Positions 36,046 through 42,288 of a stretch of 42,288 nucleotides of DNA are shown here, piece after piece. The notes under the pieces were generated by a model. The model worked only from the letters and a program-made list of their open reading frames with translations, did not search any database and was not told the DNA's origin. The stretch comes from a virus. The DNA lies in UHGV virus genome UHGV-1358694. One strand, 5' to 3'. Every line of letters starts with the position of its first letter. Position 1 is the stretch's first letter. Made by a program: the position numbers and the translations under genes.

Positions 36046-37901
36046 TGGTATCGGTGAAGACTGCGCGACGATTGCGCATGCTCAACCAGAAACTTACTGG
36101 TTATAGCGCGAACCCGCGCAGTATTCCCAAAGAGGAGCGCGAGGACATCGCGATGATGATGGCAGCCGCGCTAAGCGACTTCCGGGAATTCGCATACATT
36201 GGTATGCGGTTCCTAGGCTTTACGCTTACTGACATGCAGGCCGACATTGCAGAGTACATGCAGAAGGGCCCTAGAAAGCGCATGGTGGCTGCGCAGCGTG
36301 GCGAGGCTAAGTCTACACTGGCTGCACTGTACGCCGTCTGGAGGCTCATACAGGACCAATCCTGTCGTATCCTGATTGTGTCCGGTGCAGAGAAACAGGC
36401 GTCCGACGTAGCTAACTTAATCATTCGTATGCTGGAAACCTGGCCGTTGCTGTGCTACTTGAAGGCTGACCCTACTCGTGGGGACCGTACTTCATTCGAA
36501 GGATATGATGTAAACTGCGACCTGAAACCCCTGGACAAGTCCGCCAGCGTCGCGTGCGTTGGTATCACCGCATCCCTGCAGGGGAAGCGTGCGGACCTGC
36601 TGATTCCAGATGATATCGAGACCACCAAGAACGGCTTAACGCAAACCCAACGTGAGCAGCTACTGATGATTTCTAAAGACTTCGCAGCTATCTGTACTCA
36701 TGGAGATATTCTGTACCTGGGTACACCTCAGACCAAGGACAGCATCTATAAAACCCTGCCGGGACGTGGCTTCGAGGTCCGCGTGTGGCCTGGGCGCATT
36801 CCGTCTGTTGAAATGGAAGAGAGATATGGAAGTACACTTGCTCCTTATATCCTGGAGCTTATTGAGCGCGGATATAAACGCACCGGCTTCGGCGTCGACG
36901 GGACGCTAGGCGAGAGCACGGACACCGGGCGCTACGACGAGGATGCGCTGATTGAAAAGGAACTGGACTTCGGTCCGGAAGGCTTCCAGCTGCAGTACAT
37001 GCTCGACACCACCCTGTCAGACCAAATGCGTACGCGTATCAAGCTTTCGGATATGCTGGTTTACTCCGGCAGCCAGGATTCATCCCCGGAGACGTTCTCC
37101 TACATCGCGGATCGCCGGTACATGTACCAGCACGAGCATGAGGGGATTATGGGCCAGCAGATGTACTTCCCGGCATTCTACGGGGACATGCACCTGCCGT
37201 ACCAGCATAAGGTGCTGGTGGTGGACCCAGCTGGTTGTGGCGGAGACGAAGTGTCCTACGCTGCTGGGGGTGCTGCGAACTCGTACATTCACCTATTCTC
37301 CGTGGGCGGCTTCCAAGGAGGTATCAGCGAAGAGAACATTGATAAACTAATTGACCTGTGCGTAGAGTTGGACATCCCGGATATGGTGGTGGAGAGCAAC
37401 ATGGGGCACGGTACCGTGTCTATGCTTATCCTGAACCGGCTGCGGGAGCGACGTCTCGCCGGTATCGGCGTAAGGGACCTGAACAACTCCACGCAGAAAG
37501 AGCGTCGTATAATCGACACAATCAGCCCAGTTACTCGACGTCACCGCCTGGTGGTGCATGAGCGTGCTATTCACGATGATATCAGCACTTGTATGGCGTA
37601 CTCCCGCGATAGACGTTGGTTGTACTCTGCGTTCGCGCAGTTGTCCGGTATCACGTATGACCGCGGTAGCCTGGCGAAGGATGACCGAGCAGATGCAATC
37701 GCCATGATGGTGGCTACGCTGAACGGGCATCTGGTGGAAGATGAGAAAGTGGTGGCTGAGCGTGAGTCTGAGAAGATGGCTCGGGCCTTCATTGAGAATC
37801 CACTGGATTGGGCACAAAGCAAAGTGTCTAAGGGCCTTCGGGGTGTAGCTGCTCGGCTGCAGAACCGCGGCAGAGGTAAACAACATAGAGGAAGAAGATA
37901 A
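36045..37901 (+). CDS. terminase large subunit (T7 gp19-like, 618 aa)
   Basis: Walker A-like QRGEAKSTLAALYAVW, Walker B ADLLIPDDIETTKN and a nuclease-domain VVDPAGCGGDEVSYAAGG motif. Confidence 0.9.
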   Translation: MVSVKTARRLRMLNQKLTGYSANPRSIPKEEREDIAMMMAAALSDFREFAYIGMRFLGFTLTDMQADIAEYMQKGPRKRMVAAQRGEAKSTLAALYAVWRLIQDQSCRILIVSGAEKQASDVANLIIRMLETWPLLCYLKADPTRGDRTSFEGYDVNCDLKPLDKSASVACVGITASLQGKRADLLIPDDIETTKNGLTQTQREQLLMISKDFAAICTHGDILYLGTPQTKDSIYKTLPGRGFEVRVWPGRIPSVEMEERYGSTLAPYILELIERGYKRTGFGVDGTLGESTDTGRYDEDALIEKELDFGPEGFQLQYMLDTTLSDQMRTRIKLSDMLVYSGSQDSSPETFSYIADRRYMYQHEHEGIMGQQMYFPAFYGDMHLPYQHKVLVVDPAGCGGDEVSYAAGGAANSYIHLFSVGGFQGGISEENIDKLIDLCVELDIPDMVVESNMGHGTVSMLILNRLRERRLAGIGVRDLNNSTQKERRIIDTISPVTRRHRLVVHERAIHDDISTCMAYSRDRRWLYSAFAQLSGITYDRGSLAKDDRADAIAMMVATLNGHLVEDEKVVAERESEKMARAFIENPLDWAQSKVSKGLRGVAARLQNRGRGKQHRGRR

Positions 37902-38278
37902 TGGCATCAATCATCGCGGCTAAAGCTGTGGATGTACAGTATGAGATTGTGGGTAAGGCCCAGAATCTGGAGAAGCAAGTATCTCCAGACTACAACGTGG
38001 GCTTTGTTGGCACCGCGGCCCTAGACACTCTGAATACGTTCTTTACGTATATGGAGGGTCAGGGCTATACCGCCACCGCGGAAGGCGCTAGCTTCGTTGC
38101 TGACGGCACGCTACAGGCGCGTCTATTCAGTATGCTGTCGCAGCTGAGCAAGACCGGTTACGTTGCGCTGACTGGCACTGGTATGCCCTTGGGTGAGGGT
38201 TCAGGTACCGACTTTGATACCTCATTCACCGCCCTGCAATCTGCATTTGAGGCTGCTACAGTAGCAGTAGAAGCTTAA
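37901..38278 (+). CDS. hypothetical protein (125 aa)
   Basis: ATGA overlap with the terminase stop. Confidence 0.5.
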   Translation: MASIIAAKAVDVQYEIVGKAQNLEKQVSPDYNVGFVGTAALDTLNTFFTYMEGQGYTATAEGASFVADGTLQARLFSMLSQLSKTGYVALTGTGMPLGEGSGTDFDTSFTALQSAFEAATVAVEA

Positions 38279-38301
38279 TAATAAACCAAAGGAGAGTACA
38301 C

Positions 38302-38484
38302 ATGGCAATTGCAAAAGCAACCCCAGCGCAACAGCAGGAGCTACTGCGTCAGCTGAACATTCTCGGTAAGGACCTGTACGCCATCCTTACGCAGCCGCAG
38401 AACGTGGACCAGACTGGCGCCGCTTTCGATACCAAGCTTACTGCGCTGGAAGATGCAGTAGACGCAGTGAAGGCTGCTAGCTAA
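38302..38484 (+). CDS. hypothetical protein (60 aa)
   Basis: AAAGGAGAG 6 nt upstream. Confidence 0.5.
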   Translation: MAIAKATPAQQQELLRQLNILGKDLYAILTQPQNVDQTGAAFDTKLTALEDAVDAVKAAS

Positions 38485-38888
38485 TGCGTAAGCTGGTCGC
38501 TGGGTTACTGCTCGCGGTTACTCTGACTGGTTGCTCGGCGACCTCTGCACTCACCGGCTTAGTTGGTTCTAAGCCGGATGTGTCTGCTCAGGTTGGCGCC
38601 GAAAACACCAAGCAAACCGTTGGCCTGAATAACAAGGTGGACTCCAGCACCACCAACAAAACCGATGTATCAGATTCTAACGTAGGCACTTTGGACACGT
38701 CCAGTAAGAAGCAGGTGCAAACTATTAGCACCGGGACAATCCAGGCAGAGCGCTTACAGGTAGTTAACAATGATAGTTACAGTCTTATCCTCGCCGGATT
38801 AGCCGGGGCCAGCATTCCTCTGGTCTTCCTAGTGGTCATTCTGGTGATTCGTAAGCTGTTCAGGAAGAAGGAGCAGCAGGATGATTAA
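38484..38888 (+). CDS. lipoprotein with a C-terminal transmembrane helix: unimolecular spanin candidate (134 aa)
   Basis: Lipobox LTGC after a signal peptide (MRKLVAGLLLAVTLTGCSA). Ser/Thr-rich periplasmic region. C-terminal TMD LILAGLAGASIPLVFLVVILVI plus a basic tail. Architecture of T1 gp11. Sits at the head of the lysis cassette. Confidence 0.6.
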   Translation: MRKLVAGLLLAVTLTGCSATSALTGLVGSKPDVSAQVGAENTKQTVGLNNKVDSSTTNKTDVSDSNVGTLDTSSKKQVQTISTGTIQAERLQVVNNDSYSLILAGLAGASIPLVFLVVILVIRKLFRKKEQQDD

Positions 38889-39132
38889 GGTAGGGGACAT
38901 GGTTGGGTCTGACCTCGCTACCAGGGCAGGTGCAGCAGTTACCGGAGCTACGGTATCAGGGGGTTGGTTGGCAGAGTTAATGAGCTGGAACTGGAGCACT
39001 ATCAGCTTCATCACTGCGACTGTGTGTGCAGTGCTAACCCTGGCGTGGAATGCGTATTACAAGCGACGTACATTCAAGCTCCTAGAGGAGCAGGCACGTA
39101 AGGGGACTATTAAATATGAGTTTAAGGACTAA
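38881..39132 (+). CDS. holin, probably pinholin-type (83 aa)
   Basis: Weakly hydrophobic Gly/Ala-rich first segment (AGAAVTGATVSGGWLAEL) and a second TMD (TISFITATVCAVLTLAW) with a charged C-terminus. Lies between the spanin candidate and the SAR endolysin. Confidence 0.55.
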   Translation: MIKVGDMVGSDLATRAGAAVTGATVSGGWLAELMSWNWSTISFITATVCAVLTLAWNAYYKRRTFKLLEEQARKGTIKYEFKD

Positions 39133-39724
39133 GGTTATTGCGGCCCTCACGGGGGCCACTATGCTTGGCGGAGCCATTACCGGAGTAGTCCAGCACAATG
39201 AGGGCCTGAGCCTCACCGCCTACAAAGATAGCGCCGGTATCCCTACTATCTGCTACGGGGAGACGAAGGGCGTCAAAATGGGCCAGAGAGCCACGCTGAG
39301 CGATTGTCAGAAGCAACTGATACAGTCAGCAGGGGAACATGCAAAGGCTCTTGATGGGCTTCCTATGCAGCTCTCGGACGTATCTCTACTGGGTGCGTTG
39401 GACTTCACGTACAACGTGGGTGTAGCCGGATTCAGCGGTAGCAAGGTTAAGGCCGATTTAAAGCGGTTGGATTATGTAGCTGCAGCTAAGTCCGTGCTGG
39501 ACTGGCGCTATATTAGTAAGTACCAGCAGAAGTCCCCTGGGGTTGGTTGGGTGTATAAGGGCAGTAACCGCTGGACATTCGACTGCTCCCAGTATATTAA
39601 TGGGCAGCGCAATAGGGTATGCTGGGGCCTATGGGAGCGCAGACAGTGGCAGAGCAAAGCTATTGGGAACCAGTACAAGAATGTGAATGCAGCGGTAGCT
39701 GCGCTTAAGAATGTTGGAGGTTAA
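39116..39724 (+). CDS. SAR endolysin (T4-lysozyme/GH24-type muramidase), 202 aa
   Basis: N-terminal signal-arrest-release-like segment KVIAALTGATMLGGAITGVV. Catalytic region NEGLSLTAYKDSAGIPTICYGETKG (E...D...T of phage lysozymes). Confidence 0.85.
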   Translation: MSLRTKVIAALTGATMLGGAITGVVQHNEGLSLTAYKDSAGIPTICYGETKGVKMGQRATLSDCQKQLIQSAGEHAKALDGLPMQLSDVSLLGALDFTYNVGVAGFSGSKVKADLKRLDYVAAAKSVLDWRYISKYQQKSPGVGWVYKGSNRWTFDCSQYINGQRNRVCWGLWERRQWQSKAIGNQYKNVNAAVAALKNVGG

Positions 39725-39725
39725 T

Positions 39726-39911
39726 ATGGCACTGGTTGAGCTTGTGCAAGCAAAGGCACCGGTACTGGCGGAGGCTACTACAGACTCCATTGGTGGGGTA
39801 CTACAAGGGGTTGCTGTTGCTGACGCAGCAGATACAACTCCAGAGGCACTGGCGGTTACTGTAGCGGAGCTGTTGGCGTCTCTGCGGGCCTCTGGGGCTA
39901 TCGCTGAGTAA
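39726..39911 (+). CDS. small acidic protein (61 aa)
   Basis: GGAGG 5 nt upstream. Last ORF before the non-coding terminal region. Confidence 0.45.
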   Translation: MALVELVQAKAPVLAEATTDSIGGVLQGVAVADAADTTPEALAVTVAELLASLRASGAIAE

Positions 39912-40050
39912 GTGCTAGGGTAATCCACAAGGTGAGCTACGGGACCTCTTAGGGTGACTCTGGGTGATTCTGCGGGTGCACGTCTATACCTGGACCTGAA
40001 ATTTATTAGACTCACGCGAGGCCCTCCCTCACCCTCAGCGACACCAATTG

Positions 40051-40063
40051 CCCCCATAGGGGG
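40051..40063. other. perfect hairpin cccccataggggg next to the poly-G run
   Basis: 5-bp G/C stem with a 3-nt loop, directly upstream of the poly-G tract. Confidence 0.4.
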
Positions 40064-40080
40064 TGCCTAGCGTCAATTTA

Positions 40081-40155
<75 letters not shown>

Positions 40156-40159
40156 TGGA

Positions 40160-40850
40160 TGGGTGGACGTCTAGCCGTCTAGATGGCCCTAGGGCGCTCC
40201 CAGCGGGCCTGTGCTGCGTTCTAGGGCTATCGCTAGTGCTACCCTATGCCTATCCCTGCGCGTCCACTAGGGCGCTTCCTGTGCTCTCTGTGGGTCATAG
40301 GGGCGTGCTCTGCCTTGCTTATTTTGTGCGTCCATTGTGGGCCTGCCTAGTGCCTGCGCAGTGGGGCCATAGGGTATGCCTAGTGCTATCCCTAGTGCGT
40401 ACTAGGCTATCCACTGGCTATCCTTAGTGCTTTACATTGTGCTGATTCTATGCTACGCTGCGCGCTCCCCACTAGGGCGCACTTCCACTACCCAGCACAC
40501 TCCAGCGCTATCCCAATGCTATCCCTTTGCTCTTACTTTCATTCGAAAGCTATTATGAAATGAAGTAACCGGAGTAGGAGGGTTTTAGGGCACTATATAC
40601 ACTACTACTCACTATGCACTCACTAGTATGTCCCTGTGCCTACGCAGTAGGCTGACATACCTACATAGTCACCGCATCACTCCGTGTCCTTACACTGCGT
40701 ACAGACACTGCGTTCTGCTCCATGTAGTATTATATAGTGTTAGGTAGTATTGGTTCATACTGGCTAGTATTGGCTAGACGTGGCTAGCAGTGGCTACAGC
40801 CAGTGTCGGCACAGTGCTATCCCCAGTGGCTATCCCTAGAATATATAAGG
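40160..40850 (+). repeat. non-coding terminal region packed with short direct repeats (gctatccc x8, tgcctagtgc x2, ggctag x3, tagtattgg x2)
   Basis: The motifs recur on one strand only. No ORF has an RBS here. The region lies between the right-end lysis genes and the first early gene. Confidence 0.6.
40566..40579 (+). promoter_or_regulatory. Copy C of the recurring motif (taaccggagtagga) in the terminal non-coding region
   Basis: Matches 16 of 20 positions of copy A, with the core accggagtagga identical. No start codon follows. Confidence 0.4.
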
Positions 40851-40858
40851 AGTTATAC

Positions 40859-41413
40859 ATGTTACCGTCTAGTCGGGCTATGGCTAAAGCCACTGGTAGT
40901 ACATACTACTACACAGGGAAGCCCTGTAAGTATCAGCACATAGCGAAACGCCTCACCAGTTCAGGTGAATGCTCTGAGTGCTTTAAGGTTAGGAGTACCA
41001 GCCCCGCCCGTAAGGAGCGCATGCGAGAGTATCATAAGGTTTATCAGGTACAGAAAGCTGAGGCTTTAAGAGAGTACCGCAAGACACGCCGACCTAAGCA
41101 CATTATGACAGAGGAGCAGTTACAGCGTAAGGCTCGCCACAGTGCGCGCTACCGTGCTGCGCGCACTCAATCCGTACCTTCATGGTATGGTGAGTGGGAT
41201 GAGTTCGTTATGTTGGAGGCTATCGCTTTAGCAGCCGAGAGGGCAGAGTGTACGGGTATAGCGTGGCACGTAGACCATATGCTGCCCCTAAAGGCTAAAG
41301 GGGTATGTGGCTTGCACTGTGCTGATAATATTCAGGTGATACCCGCTACGCTTAACACGCATAAGTGTAACAGGCTGCTATTCACGGAGCCTTTGGAGTG
41401 GCTAAAGGCATAA
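40859..41413 (+). CDS. HNH endonuclease with an N-terminal Cys-rich region (184 aa); first early gene
   Basis: AAGGAG 6 nt upstream. The track ORF from 40790 has no RBS. C-terminal WHVDHMLPLKAKGVCGLHCADNIQVIPATLNTHKCNR is an HNH motif (H-x-D-H...N...N). N-terminus has CKYQH...CSEC. Confidence 0.7.
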   Translation: MLPSSRAMAKATGSTYYYTGKPCKYQHIAKRLTSSGECSECFKVRSTSPARKERMREYHKVYQVQKAEALREYRKTRRPKHIMTEEQLQRKARHSARYRAARTQSVPSWYGEWDEFVMLEAIALAAERAECTGIAWHVDHMLPLKAKGVCGLHCADNIQVIPATLNTHKCNRLLFTEPLEWLKA

Positions 41414-41419
41414 ACTTGA

Positions 41420-41456
41420 GGTAATACAGTGTTATAAATGCTGTATTACCTTTTTT
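41420..41456 (+). terminator. rho-independent terminator
   Basis: Stem ggtaatacag / ctgtattacc (10 bp) with an 11-nt loop, followed by TTTTTT and a second T6 run. Confidence 0.85.
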
Positions 41457-41593
41457 CTAAAAAGTGCTTGCTTTTTTAAATCTGCTAGGTGTATAGTTAT
41501 CCCATCGAAAGCGATACGGGATACCGGGTAGCTCTAGATTCCAGAGTCGACTGGATAAGTAGACAGCCTGATAAGTCATATGAAAAACAGGTA

Positions 41594-41622
41594 TTGACAA
41601 TAGCAGTAAGCGGTTTTATAGT
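41594..41622 (+). promoter_or_regulatory. near-consensus sigma70 promoter (TTGACA - 17 bp - TATAGT) with an A-rich upstream stretch; probable early host-RNAP promoter
   Basis: -35 TTGACA at 41594-41599, a 17-nt spacer, -10 TATAGT at 41617-41622. It lies after the terminator and upstream of the genes at 41869 onward. Confidence 0.65.
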
Positions 41623-41868
41623 TCGAATCATGTTGCGGAGCAGTGTAGCGCCTAAAGGTGCTCTGACCACTAACCCTAGATACATGGTAGTAGTAAGCGT
41701 GCCGGACGTTATCACCGGGGTTCTGAGGCAAACCATACTGCCGAGGCGAGAGCAGCTCGCTCCTCTGAATCGAGGGAACAAGGCGCGGAGTGTATCCCGC
41801 AAAGAGCATATAACATAGCGTAGCAGTAACAAGGCTGCGCTAGATTATGTTCTCTGAGAGGTGAGATT

Positions 41869-42066
41869 ATGCGCAAAGCAAAACGACTAGCATTGCGGCG
41901 GAATATGCAGTTATCACTGAACCCTACCGACGACGTGCCACTCACTGTGAAGCCCAGCAAACAAGGACTTAGCAGCGAGCACAGGGTGAGGGGAAAGCAA
42001 AAACAAAAGGGCGGCAGTAAACAGCCTAGTGGGTGGCCTACTGTTAACTCCCAATTTGGGCACTAA
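41869..42066 (+). CDS. small very basic early protein (65 aa)
   Basis: GAGGTGAG 5 nt upstream. Lys/Arg/Gln-rich, probably disordered. Confidence 0.5.
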   Translation: MRKAKRLALRRNMQLSLNPTDDVPLTVKPSKQGLSSEHRVRGKQKQKGGSKQPSGWPTVNSQFGH

Positions 42067-42134
42067 TTACAGCCTATAGCATCCTATGGGGTGCTATGTG
42101 AAGTAATTACCTAAACCAATCAACGAGGTGCATC

Positions 42135-42288
42135 GTGACTCATTCAACTGGTAAAGTATTCAAGCTCACCGCTGCTGGTAGCATCCGTAAAGCTCTTGGC
42201 GATGTAGTGGAAGCAAAGCGTAACATCACTATCAGCGCGCTATTTCACGGCCTGATTAGCAGCAACGTCTCATGGGCTACGGATATGC
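42135..42288 (+). CDS. partial ORF running off the window end (GTG start; would terminate 21 nt into position 1-21 if the sequence is circular)
   Basis: GAGGTG 4 nt upstream of the GTG. The frame stays open to the window end. Joined to positions 1-21 it would read ...ATDMQRSAWV* (58 aa). Confidence 0.3.
   Translation, partial: MTHSTGKVFKLTAAGSIRKALGDVVEAKRNITISALFHGLISSNVSWATDM

Noticed and set aside
40431-40459. Weak sigma70-like promoter TTTACA-17-TACGCT in the terminal region
   Set aside because: The -10 matches only 3 of 6 positions. Many such chance matches are expected in 700 bp of non-coding DNA. Not reported as a feature.
40595-40625. T7-promoter-like string actactcactatgcactcactagt in the terminal region
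   Set aside because: It shares only the ACTCACTAT core with the T7 promoter and is present once. This phage's polymerase specificity loop differs from T7's, and the recurring motif is a different sequence. Probably coincidence.
40160-40850. Possibility that the terminal short repeats are a CRISPR array
   Set aside because: Repeat units are 6-10 nt, irregularly spaced and non-identical, with no spacer periodicity. Inconsistent with CRISPR.
41489-41818. 109-aa + strand ORF in the early region
   Set aside because: No RBS. It spans a near-consensus sigma70 promoter (41594-41622) and starts right after a terminator. More plausibly non-coding regulatory DNA.

Overview
The window looks like a complete or near-complete genome of a T7-like podovirus (Autographiviridae). 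It has the phiKMV/KP34-type layout: the single-subunit RNA polymerase sits at the end of the DNA-metabolism block rather than at the left end. All convincing genes are on the + strand; every minus-strand ORF in the track looks like an antisense artefact. Gene order: early genes of unknown function plus an M28-like zinc peptidase; then primase, DnaB-like helicase, family-A DNA polymerase, metallophosphoesterase, 5'-3' exonuclease, endonuclease VII-like resolvase and a DUF3310 protein; then the T7-like RNA polymerase (15851-18319). The virion block follows (portal, scaffold, major capsid, tail tube A and B, three internal virion proteins, one with a C-terminal lysozyme domain, and an ~880-aa tail fiber/tailspike with a pectate-lyase-type domain). 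Small and large terminase come next, then a lysis cassette of a lipoprotein with a C-terminal TMD (u-spanin-like), a pinholin-like holin and a SAR lysozyme. The stretch ~39.95-40.85 kb is non-coding, repeat-rich and carries a 72-nt poly-G run. I read it as the junction of the physical genome ends in a circularly permuted assembly. Points worth a second look: a 19-21-nt motif present five times in one orientation (candidate phage-RNAP promoter); an HNH homing-endonuclease pseudogene fused to a duplicated 5' end of the DNA polymerase gene; two more intact HNH genes; a near-consensus sigma70 promoter behind a strong terminator in the early region; and an AT-rich, probably horizontally acquired, distal tail-fiber module. 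No tRNA, rRNA or CRISPR was recognised. All product assignments rest on motifs read by eye from the translations, with no database search run.
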